A DNA stretch of 64,000 bases, from positions 12,837-76,836 of the IMG/VR virus record IMGVR_UViG_3300024518_006178; one strand, written 5' to 3'. This document shows, one piece after another, positions 8,350 through 16,512 of the stretch. This DNA comes from a virus. The translations under genes and the position numbers were made by a program. How positions within the stretch are numbered: the stretch's first letter is position 1; every line of letters starts with the position of its first letter. Below the pieces are notes generated by a model. The model was not told the DNA's origin. It ran no database searches and worked only from the letters and a program-made list of their open reading frames with translations.

Positions 8350-8879
8350 TTCTTTCTCCCTAAGGCCATCAGGTAATCCGGAACACCGTCCCGGTCTACC
8401 ATCGGGCAGACATTTTCGATCATCGAAGGGCGGATACTCTTAACGAGCTTTCCCTTCTCTTTTCTTATACCGTAAACGTTTGCCATAAAGTCGTCGAGGA
8501 ATTGCCAGTCAAGCATGTATGTAACGCCAAGGTCTGATATATTCCAGACCACCGCTGACCACGCCCCGGCCTTGCCGTAGCGGATCAGCTCCTTGATTTG
8601 GTGCATCTTCAGGCCGGATTTATTCTTGAGGTCTATAGGTAGGCGCTCTTTGTGTTCCTTGGCCTCCATACAAATGAAGCGACCGGATCCGACCCAGATG
8701 CCCTCGTAGTCGAATCCGGTCCTGGCCAGGTAGACCACCTTGCCGCGCTTTACTGTTGTGGGAACTTCTTTCTTGTCGATGTACGCAATGTCCTGATTGG
8801 CATACATCATGTGGGTGAGCTCTAGAGTCTTCTCAAAGCCCCTCCCTCGATTGGCGAAGGATGATGCTGGTATGCCCAT
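8346..8879 (-). CDS. recU: RecU-family Holliday junction resolvase
   Basis: NRGRGFE, KKEVP, DYEG, EAKE and HQ motifs of RecU. Confidence 0.8.
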   Translation of the reverse strand: MGIPASSFANRGRGFEKTLELTHMMYANQDIAYIDKKEVPTTVKRGKVVYLARTGFDYEGIWVGSGRFICMEAKEHKERLPIDLKNKSGLKMHQIKELIRYGKAGAWSAVVWNISDLGVTYMLDWQFLDDFMANVYGIRKEKGKLVKSIRPSMIENVCPMVDRDGVPDYLMALGRKK

Positions 8880-8888
8880 AGAGCGGCC

Positions 8889-9245
8889 TCATTTTTGGAC
8901 TTTGACCTCCATGCCCATCTCGACGCTAAGGTCATGGGCGGCAGCCTTGAGGAGGTTCTCCATGGCCATATATAGCGGGTTACTATTTTCAGCGCTAGCA
9001 GTAATTTCATCTTTTTCCTCTCTCTCCACGGGCTGCCCCTTTTTGGACGTTGCGAGCTCGCCAAGCGCCTCCTGTACCGCATGTTCGAAGAGCTCCCTGG
9101 GCATCATGGGCTCCAGGTTTATGGGCTGAGTGTGGACGTTGCGGGGGGCTATATCCCCCGCGCTGTTTTTTCTCATCCAATGCCCCTTGATGCGCACCCG
9201 GCCCTCGCGGAGCGTGACCTCGATGATTTCAAACCATACTTCCAT
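8889..9245 (-). CDS. Hypothetical protein
   Basis: AAGGAG RBS. Confidence 0.6.
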   Translation of the reverse strand: MEVWFEIIEVTLREGRVRIKGHWMRKNSAGDIAPRNVHTQPINLEPMMPRELFEHAVQEALGELATSKKGQPVEREEKDEITASAENSNPLYMAMENLLKAAAHDLSVEMGMEVKVQK

Positions 9246-9248
9246 GGC

Positions 9249-10214
9249 CTACTCCTTTTTTCTGTAGATTGTGCCTGACCTCCAGCTGGGCCAGGCGAAC
9301 GCGATGTGCTTGAAGTCATTCTCGTCGTTGAATCGGTCGGTGATTCTATCCCCAAGCTCCTCACGCCAGCGTGAACCATCATTGTTTGTGATGTAGATGC
9401 TGGACTTCTGGTTGTCTATGCGCCCATGGATTATGTACGAGAGCTTCTCGAATTCCCAGGCCGACCCGCTTTGTAGACCCACTTCGTCGACCACGAGTAT
9501 CGGGACCTCGGTGAGAAGCTTCAGGCGGTTGGTCTCGGCCAGCGCGTCATTGCCGCCGTAGCAGGCCTTGATGCTCAAGAACATCTGGGTGGCGTTCACC
9601 ATGAGCAGGTCGCGCGGCAGGTGCCGGTGGATGATCCCCAGCAGGATCATGCAGGCCGTCATGGTTTTACCGTTGCCGGGCTGTCCGGTGAAGACGAGGG
9701 ACTGACCGGACCCGTCCTCCCAGTTTTCAACCCAGTGCTTGGCAAATTTGACCAGGCGCTTCATTTTGTCCCAGTGCTCGGGAACGTGGTTCTTCAGGTG
9801 CGCGGCACCCGTATTTTTGGAATCCGTGACGAACTTGTCGAAGGTCATCCCTCTGTACTTCGCCGGGATTCCCCGGTCAATGGTCAGGTCATCGATTTTC
9901 CGTTGCCGGGATCGATCACTGGCTCTCTGCCTGGCGTTGTCACGCTCGTTGTCCCGACAGACACTACAGGGGTAGAAGCCCCAATACCTATTCTGGGTCT
10001 CAACGTCCACGCGTACCCGGGGCTCTATAGGGCTGCCGCAGTCCGTACATGTTTTGGGCTCCGGCTTATCCTTCGGCGGCACGATCTTAGGCATCGCCTT
10101 CGCCAAGGCTGACTTCATCGAGAGCGGACCTTGGGGCTTCCGCTGAGGTGTAGGAGTCGTAGTCGAAGTTTCTGGTTGGTCCCTTGGGCCCTTGCTTGCT
10201 CCGTCCGTTGGCAT
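9249..10214 (-). CDS. DnaC/IstB-like AAA+ helicase loader
   Basis: N-terminal CxxC..CxxC; Walker A GQPGNGKT; Walker B LVVDEVG; ITN; DRITDRF; W.SWR. Confidence 0.85.
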   Translation of the reverse strand: MPTDGASKGPRDQPETSTTTPTPQRKPQGPLSMKSALAKAMPKIVPPKDKPEPKTCTDCGSPIEPRVRVDVETQNRYWGFYPCSVCRDNERDNARQRASDRSRQRKIDDLTIDRGIPAKYRGMTFDKFVTDSKNTGAAHLKNHVPEHWDKMKRLVKFAKHWVENWEDGSGQSLVFTGQPGNGKTMTACMILLGIIHRHLPRDLLMVNATQMFLSIKACYGGNDALAETNRLKLLTEVPILVVDEVGLQSGSAWEFEKLSYIIHGRIDNQKSSIYITNNDGSRWREELGDRITDRFNDENDFKHIAFAWPSWRSGTIYRKKE

Positions 10215-11289
10215 ATTTGCCCTCCATAATGTTTCTCATGCTGGAGCTATTCTTGATGAACCATACAAGGTCCGCCACCCACCCGTTGTCGCCGCGACAG
10301 TGTGGGGAATTTTTAGCTTTAACTATGGCCTCTGCCCATTTTTCGGCAAAGAACTTGTCTTTGAAGCGGGTGTTTATCTTTTTGAGTCGATCATCGTCTT
10401 TGGCCAATGGAGTGATCGAGTTCGTCAGGATAGACTTCCCGCCTGTTCGCATGCCGTTCCAATACAGCCTGACCAGTTCGAACCGCGCCAACTCCGCCCT
10501 GCTGGCGTGCTTCTTGTCTCTCATCATATTCGTGAGGTGGGCCGCCATCTTGGCGGCCATGGCCACGGGCAGGATCTCTTCGGATGATTGCCCGCGATAT
10601 GTGCCCACCCGTATGTTTTCGAGGACTTCGTCGTACTTTGTTTCGCTCTCCGCCAGTATCACGAAGTCCCTATTGTATACTAGCACGCTGTCTGTTGAGG
10701 CGGATGCCAGCTTCATTAGATTGATGCTTACGGCGGGGTTGGGAAGAGACGCTAGGCCGCTAAAGTCGTACCGGTGACTCTCCTCCTGCGCCCTTGCATC
10801 CTCTTCCTCATTGTCAAACAGCGTGTCGTTTTTCTGCTCAAACGTATCAAGATGGCTGTCATCCAGTGGAACCAGAGTAGGTTGCCCCTCGGTGTCAGAA
10901 GCGGCCTGGAATACCGAAGGGAAATTATCCGCGCCGCCCTTGTACTTGTTGATGGATATTACCCAGCAGTCATCCTTCCTGGTCGCCCCTCTAGCCAGCA
11001 CCTCGATGAATTTGATTTCCTCAAGATGGTTGAGGGCCCTGCGTATGGATGTGGTGGAGATCTTGAGGTCTGCCTCGTGGACCGCCCCGTGATCCCTGCC
11101 GAAGGAGAGCATGGCGGCCAGCTCCTTGATTGGAAACGAGATCTTGCCCCGGTCGACCCCCTTGCTCTTGGCGTAGCAGAGCATGTAAGTGTAGAGCATG
11201 AATGACAGGGGCCTGGCGAGGAATTTTTCCGAGTGGTCCCAAATGCCGTGGCTCAATGGAGCAAAGAACTCGGGGGTGTTGTCGCTCAT
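10087..11289 (-). CDS. Phage replication initiator (wHTH, O/DnaD-like)
   Basis: HTH-like TTSIRRALNHLEEIKFI; C-terminal GWVADLVWFIK...IMEGKY typical of phage replisome organisers; directly upstream of the DnaC-like gene. Confidence 0.7.
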   Translation of the reverse strand: MSDNTPEFFAPLSHGIWDHSEKFLARPLSFMLYTYMLCYAKSKGVDRGKISFPIKELAAMLSFGRDHGAVHEADLKISTTSIRRALNHLEEIKFIEVLARGATRKDDCWVISINKYKGGADNFPSVFQAASDTEGQPTLVPLDDSHLDTFEQKNDTLFDNEEEDARAQEESHRYDFSGLASLPNPAVSINLMKLASASTDSVLVYNRDFVILAESETKYDEVLENIRVGTYRGQSSEEILPVAMAAKMAAHLTNMMRDKKHASRAELARFELVRLYWNGMRTGGKSILTNSITPLAKDDDRLKKINTRFKDKFFAEKWAEAIVKAKNSPHCRGDNGWVADLVWFIKNSSSMRNIMEGKYANGRSKQGPKGPTRNFDYDSYTSAEAPRSALDEVSLGEGDA

Positions 11290-11419
11290 GATCGCCTCCG
11301 TATGCGTTTTCTGCTCTTGATAACATGATTCCTCCAGGCGTCAAGGTGCGCATTTTGCCGCACTCAATATATTGCATATACCGTATTTTCAGCCCCAAGA
11401 TATGGGGCCGGAGCAACGT

Positions 11420-11446
11420 AAAAAGGACCGGGCTTTCGCCCGGCCC
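11420..11446 (-). terminator. Intrinsic terminator after UvrD
   Basis: GC hairpin (CCGGGC/GCCCGG core) with U-tract on the minus strand. Confidence 0.5.
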
Positions 11447-11509
11447 CTAGTTGGGTCCAGATGTGAAGTCTATCAGTGTTAGGCGGTAGATGCGGGGGGA
11501 AGGGGGGAG

Positions 11510-13315
11510 TTACTCATGCAGTTCCTCCAAGAAAACGGACCGTTCCATCATGCGGTCCTTGCCCCGATACAATCGCTTGCGCACGTGCGACAAGACCAGA
11601 TCGCCCATTGACCGAGACATGCCGACATACAGTAGTCGACGCTCCTCTTCAACGAGATCGCGCTTTTCATCAGTGTCCGCCATATTATTCAGCGGGAACA
11701 TTAGATTCTCAAGGGCCGGGATGAATACCACGGGAAATTCAAGGCCCTTTGAGGCGTGCACCGTCATCATGCGGACGCTATCTTCATCTTCATGAATGTC
11801 GTCCTGGCTAGTGACCTCGTGCAGATGCTCCAGATAGTTTTCTAGAGTTATCTCGTCCGTGCTTCCGGCGCGCCATTCTCCGATAAAATACAGCAGGTCC
11901 CACAGGCTTTTACAGCGCGACTCCAGGCCCTCGGCTTCATACACGTCATCTAGCCACTTATGTGCAATTAGCACCTGATCTTCGAAGCTGGCGTCGTGAA
12001 GCTTCTTTATGTCGAGTAGCCACTGTGTATCCTTCAGGGTTCTCTCCCTGTAGTAGAGAAGCGTGGACTCCAGAAGCGTTATGTTTGCCGACGCCGCTCT
12101 GGCCTTGATGGTGGCGATTTTGGATCTGCTCAGCCCCAGGTGGGGCATGCGCATGACCTGCTCAAACGGCAGCTCATCCAGAGGATTGCGAGCAAGCTTA
12201 AGCAGGGAGTGAAACAGTCGCACTTCCTCCAGGTCCAGGAACTTGAGCCTGGTGCCAGCAATGACGACAGGTATATGTTGACTGGACAGGTTCTGCGCTA
12301 TGTGTGACTCCACAGCATGTGTGCGACACAGCACGGCTATATCCTTAAAGGGCACGCCCTTGGCGGACAGGCCCTTGATTTTGGTGGCAATGCCAGCGGC
12401 CTCTTCATCCTCGTCGTCAAACACCCTGATAGCGAGGTTTCCGTCGGTCTTTGTGCTTACCAGGGTCTTGGCGCTGCGATTGTAGACATTGTTGGCGATA
12501 AGCCTGTTGCAGGCGTCGGCTACGACAGTAGGGCAGCGATACGTAGTGTTCAGGATCACGTCTTTGTGCTTGGGGAACGCCATCTTCAGTCGCTCGATAT
12601 TGCGAATCTCAGCCCCACGGAAGCCGAAGATGGTCTGATCAATGTCGCCGACCGCGAACACGTTCTTGTGTTGGTCGGCCACCATCTTTGCTATGGAGTA
12701 GTCCTCTTGGCTCGTATCGTTCATCTCATCCAGGTGCACATACCTGAACATGTTGGCGTAGTACTTGACCGACTCGGGGTGCTTCGTGAACAACTCTATG
12801 GTCTTGCTCAGAAGCATGTCGTAGGTCACGGCGTTGTTCTTTCTGAGCCGTATCATGACCTCGCGGAGCACGCGCGCCCGGCTTTCAGGCACGGTGCCCC
12901 TGTGGAACTCATTCAGGAACGTCTTGGGCTTTGTCTTTATGTGAAGATCCTGATGTACCGCCTTGATTATGTCCATCAAGTCACGGTCATCATATACGCT
13001 GAAGTTCTCCTTTAGCCCGGCCTTGAAGTACCAGGTGTAGAGGACTCTGACGCAGAAGGCGTGGATCGTTGTGATCCACAACTGGCTGGCGACTGTCTCG
13101 CCGAGCGCCTCTGTGAGGCGCGTCCTCATCTCCTTGGCCGCCGCCTTCGTGAAGGTGAAGGCCAGGATCTCTTTGGGTGAGGCCCCGTGGTTTTCCACTA
13201 GGTTGATAATGCGTGAGACGAGAACCCGAGTTTTTCCCGAGCCTGGCCCCGCCGTCACGAAACAGGACGTGATCGTGTCTACTGCTTCTTGCTGTTGCTG
13301 GTCGAGGGTGACCAT
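11510..13315 (-). CDS. UvrD/PcrA-like SF1 DNA helicase
   Basis: AGPGSGKT, TFTKAAA, TIHAF, DEMND, VGDIDQTIFGFRGA, YR, TVHASKGLEF, EERRLLYVGMSR. Confidence 0.95.
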   Translation of the reverse strand: MVTLDQQQQEAVDTITSCFVTAGPGSGKTRVLVSRIINLVENHGASPKEILAFTFTKAAAKEMRTRLTEALGETVASQLWITTIHAFCVRVLYTWYFKAGLKENFSVYDDRDLMDIIKAVHQDLHIKTKPKTFLNEFHRGTVPESRARVLREVMIRLRKNNAVTYDMLLSKTIELFTKHPESVKYYANMFRYVHLDEMNDTSQEDYSIAKMVADQHKNVFAVGDIDQTIFGFRGAEIRNIERLKMAFPKHKDVILNTTYRCPTVVADACNRLIANNVYNRSAKTLVSTKTDGNLAIRVFDDEDEEAAGIATKIKGLSAKGVPFKDIAVLCRTHAVESHIAQNLSSQHIPVVIAGTRLKFLDLEEVRLFHSLLKLARNPLDELPFEQVMRMPHLGLSRSKIATIKARAASANITLLESTLLYYRERTLKDTQWLLDIKKLHDASFEDQVLIAHKWLDDVYEAEGLESRCKSLWDLLYFIGEWRAGSTDEITLENYLEHLHEVTSQDDIHEDEDSVRMMTVHASKGLEFPVVFIPALENLMFPLNNMADTDEKRDLVEEERRLLYVGMSRSMGDLVLSHVRKRLYRGKDRMMERSVFLEELHE

Positions 13316-13770
13316 CCTTGCTCCTTGAGTATGCCCGTAATGTCAGGGGGCTGAAGGTCCTTGGGCTTGATCCACTTGCCGCCATCATCCTTATACCCGC
13401 CTGGGCCGAATTTTTTCAGGTTGTGGCCGTCAACCTCTTCGAGAAGCTTCTCGTCCTTGATGCCGCAGGCGCTGAGCGTGCCGGTGGTCACGACCGATAT
13501 GTCGGCGCAACCGTCAGCGACCTCGACAAGGTTGACTTCCTCTTCGGGCATGAATTTCAGGTCGTCGATCCGAACCGGATAGTGGATGCCGTCTCCGTGC
13601 AGCAGCGTTGTTATGCCCAGGCCCTTCCAGATTGTCTCCAGCGCCTCCTCCAGAATAAGGCGAGCACGAAGGATGCGCGTTTCCTCGTCCGGGACGGTAG
13701 GCGTGTCAGGGAGCTCCTGCTCCGCCTTTTCCATGAAATCTTCGACCCGTTTTTGATGTGGTGTCTGCAC
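13279..13770 (-). CDS. MazG/PRA-PH-like all-alpha NTP pyrophosphohydrolase
   Basis: LRARLILEEALE...VEVADGCADISVV...EVDGHNLKK...GKWIKP; GTG start overlapping the upstream stop. Confidence 0.8.
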   Translation of the reverse strand: MQTPHQKRVEDFMEKAEQELPDTPTVPDEETRILRARLILEEALETIWKGLGITTLLHGDGIHYPVRIDDLKFMPEEEVNLVEVADGCADISVVTTGTLSACGIKDEKLLEEVDGHNLKKFGPGGYKDDGGKWIKPKDLQPPDITGILKEQGWSPSTSNSKKQ

Positions 13771-14387
13771 TAGTCGGCTCCTCTTCTGATGTTTTGTGTT
13801 GTGTATGCGGCTTGTCGAGCCTCGGCGATCCACTTAATGATCACCTGCATGGGGTGGTTAACTTTAGCTGAAAGCATCTGACCCCCTATAACATAGTGGA
13901 TCATGGGGTGGGTGTTCTGTCCGAGTTCCACGCTGGCTATGGCGAAGGGGTCAACGACCAGGAGAGAGACTTCGTCGTCTTCCCCGTCTTCGTGCTCGTG
14001 GAACATTTCCTCGAAACACACCAGCCCAGCCATTTTGGCCTCTTTCGCCACGGCCTTGAAGGTCGCCCTTCGGTCCCCATTTGGCTTCGCTCTCGCCACC
14101 GTCTCCTCCGCCTTAGGTGCTTCGGCCTTGCCGTTGCTGGTCACGTGGTCGGCTACAGCAACCCTGAAATCCATCAGCTCGGTCCAGGTTGTTATGCCCG
14201 TGCCCTTCATGGCTAACACTTTATCCTTATTTAGTTTTCGGAGTTCGCCGATTGTTTGGATCCCGAGGACCTCAAGGACCCTATTGCTTCGCGTCCCAAG
14301 GCGAAACCGTTCCGGGGCCTCTGTAAGGAGTGTGTCTTTGGTGATTGGGCCCTTAGTCCTGGTAATTGGTTCAGGCGTCTTCTTCAT
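13770..14387 (-). CDS. Protein with RNA polymerase alpha-CTD-like N-terminal domain
   Basis: LGTRSNRVLEVLGIQTIGELRKLNKDKVLAMKGTGITTWTEL parallels the alpha-CTD pattern LSVRS.N.L...GI.TIG.L....LL...NLG..S..EI. Confidence 0.7.
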   Translation of the reverse strand: MKKTPEPITRTKGPITKDTLLTEAPERFRLGTRSNRVLEVLGIQTIGELRKLNKDKVLAMKGTGITTWTELMDFRVAVADHVTSNGKAEAPKAEETVARAKPNGDRRATFKAVAKEAKMAGLVCFEEMFHEHEDGEDDEVSLLVVDPFAIASVELGQNTHPMIHYVIGGQMLSAKVNHPMQVIIKWIAEARQAAYTTQNIRRGAD

Positions 14388-14961
14388 CCTCCCCCTCCTC
14401 TGTTTCCTCGTTAATGAAGTCCAGGATGCCGCGCAAGATAGCGAGCGCCCGTGTCTTCAGGGCCTGGGCCTCAGCCACGAGCGCCTGGGATATTTCCACG
14501 TCCCCAAGTCCACTCTGGAACGTGATGGCCAGGATCTGGTTGGCCAGGATGTTGATCTGTTTGGCCGCCTTAAGCTGCTCGGCCATCTCCTCGTCGCTCA
14601 AATGCTCAAGGGCCAGGGCAATCTTTTGGATGATCTCCTCGAACCCCAAGCGTTCTTCGTGGGCGGCCTCATATCCACTGGTGATGCCGAGGCTCCCAAG
14701 AAGGCCCCCCTTTTTTTTTACGCTGGGCATAGTAAAGGGATTGGGGGCAGCTGGAACGACTGGCACCGTGTGTACATATTCCCTTGGAGTCCCCAGTGCC
14801 CCGCCCGAGCTTAGCGGTCCGCCTATAATGTCTCCTAGACCAGAGGAAGTCCCGGCAGTGTTTATGACCCCAAGCATAGCCTGCACATCCTCGGCTGCAT
14901 TGTTCGACGTGTATTGCATGGCTTCGTAAAGGGGCCCAAACTTTTTTTTGGTATCCGGCAT
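14371..14961 (-). CDS. Hypothetical protein
   Basis: AGGAGAG RBS. Confidence 0.55.
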   Translation of the reverse strand: MPDTKKKFGPLYEAMQYTSNNAAEDVQAMLGVINTAGTSSGLGDIIGGPLSSGGALGTPREYVHTVPVVPAAPNPFTMPSVKKKGGLLGSLGITSGYEAAHEERLGFEEIIQKIALALEHLSDEEMAEQLKAAKQINILANQILAITFQSGLGDVEISQALVAEAQALKTRALAILRGILDFINEETEEGEDEEDA

Positions 14962-14972
14962 AGTTCTCTCCT

Positions 14973-15013
14973 AAAAAAATAGGGGAGGGGTTTGCCACCC
15001 CCCTCCCCTCTTT
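14973..15013 (-). terminator. Intrinsic terminator (possibly bidirectional)
   Basis: AGGGGAGGGG/CCCCTCCCCT stem flanked by A7 and T4. Confidence 0.65.
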
Positions 15014-15024
15014 TGAGTGTTATC

Positions 15025-15402
15025 CTAGCTTTTGGCCTCGACCTCGGCCTCGGCCTCGACTTCGTCCTCCTCGCCTTCCTTCTCCACGCCGTCCGCGATA
15101 CGGCGCTCTTCGAGGATGTGCAGCGCCAGGTCGATGCGCAGCATGTTCTTGGACTTGAGCACGAGGGCGGCTCGATTGAGATCATCCTCATAGTGCGGTT
15201 GCGTCAGGTGGCGCGCACAGATGCGTTCGAGATCGTCCGCCTGCTCGCGCCACGTCGTGAGCAGCTCGTTCAGCTCCTCGGTCTTCAGCGCGCCCAGGGC
15301 CTCGTAGCCCTTTTGAAGGATCTCCGTCTTGATTTCGGGCTTGTTTGAAATGTCGATGACTCCAACCCATTTGTCACCGAGCTCAAGGTCTGGTACCGGC
15401 AT
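15025..15402 (-). CDS. Hypothetical protein
   Basis: GGGAG RBS; acidic tail. Confidence 0.6.
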   Translation of the reverse strand: MPVPDLELGDKWVGVIDISNKPEIKTEILQKGYEALGALKTEELNELLTTWREQADDLERICARHLTQPHYEDDLNRAALVLKSKNMLRIDLALHILEERRIADGVEKEGEEDEVEAEAEVEAKS

Positions 15403-15414
15403 AATCTTCTCCCG

Positions 15415-15927
15415 TTAAAAAGGAACTTCGTCGTCTCCAATGTCGAACGGTTCGTCATTTCGTGTGTCATGTCGAGCTGGTGCTCGTTCTTCTCGCTGTG
15501 GCCTGCGATCTTCCCGTTCCTGTTCGTGCCCTTGGCTCTGGCGCTGCGGCCTTCTTTCTCGGTTTTGCCCTCCCCCTCCGCTGTCATCGCCCTTTTTCCC
15601 GGTAAACGACCAGCGGTCGCAAATTACCTTTATCTTGCTACGGTTGCCGCCAGTGGTCTTGTCTTTCCATTCGTCCATGCCCAGGCGTCCTTCGATGAAG
15701 ACATTGTCGCCCTTGAAGTGGTACTTGACGAAATTCTCGGCGGTCCTTTCCCACATCTCCACGTCGATCCAGGCGACCTTCTCTTCGTAGGAGCCGTCAG
15801 CCAACTTCTTTTTCGATTGGATCACGGCCATGCGAACATTGGCGACGGCTGCGCCGTTGCCCGTGTACTTGACCTCGGGATCGCGCCCGAGGTTTCCAGC
15901 AATGAGTACCTTGTTGAACTCCATCAT
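15415..15927 (-). CDS. ssb: Single-stranded DNA-binding protein
   Basis: NKVLIAGNLGRDPE, EGRL, acidic DDEVPF tail. Confidence 0.97.
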   Translation of the reverse strand: MMEFNKVLIAGNLGRDPEVKYTGNGAAVANVRMAVIQSKKKLADGSYEEKVAWIDVEMWERTAENFVKYHFKGDNVFIEGRLGMDEWKDKTTGGNRSKIKVICDRWSFTGKKGDDSGGGGQNRERRPQRQSQGHEQEREDRRPQREERAPARHDTRNDEPFDIGDDEVPF

Positions 15928-15950
15928 TTTCTCCTTATACCCTAACCGGG

Positions 15951-16412
15951 CTAATCTTTGCCTGGCGTTAGTCCAGGCGGTTTTTGCCGGAGATACATCT
16001 CCAGCACTTTCTCTCCGATGATGCTCTTGAGCTTATTGTTGTCCGCCTGCAAGACGCCTATGCTCTTTTGGGCGGCGGCCTTATCCATGTCCGCACGCTC
16101 GCGAATCTTGGACATTTCTATTTTTACTATGCCCAGCTCGCTCCTGGCTTCCCTGTAAAGGCTTTCGAGCTCTGTGGCCCTATTGTTTCTGCTGAAGTGT
16201 ATCCAGCTGGTTATGGCCGCCCCGACGGATAAGACCACAAGAACGACGCCCATAATCCAGCGATTGGCGGATATTTTGAAGTTTTCCATGTCGTGATTGT
16301 GGCTCATCTTCTTGATGGCAAGCTCATGGTCACGCTTGTCAGACTCCGCCCAATCTTTCATAACATCGTCATTTTCAGTACTGGGTTTCGTCTTTGTGTT
16401 TTTCTTCGCCAC
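15951..16412 (-). CDS. Single-pass membrane protein with coiled coil
   Basis: GTG start with GGAGG RBS; TM segment WIMGVVLVVLSVGAAITSWIHF. Confidence 0.55.
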   Translation of the reverse strand: MAKKNTKTKPSTENDDVMKDWAESDKRDHELAIKKMSHNHDMENFKISANRWIMGVVLVVLSVGAAITSWIHFSRNNRATELESLYREARSELGIVKIEMSKIRERADMDKAAAQKSIGVLQADNNKLKSIIGEKVLEMYLRQKPPGLTPGKD

Positions 16413-16512
16413 GTCCCCTCCTTCCTGTGAAAATAAGTGCTGTCGGATCAAAAGTGGCATCCTGGTATAGCAGCCAGGCTTATGTGGCCCCTCCCCGACA
16501 GCACTTTGCCGG

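Noticed and set aside
10087-11289. Iteron origin inside the replication initiator gene
   Set aside because: No clear direct repeats or AT-rich unwinding element found by eye.
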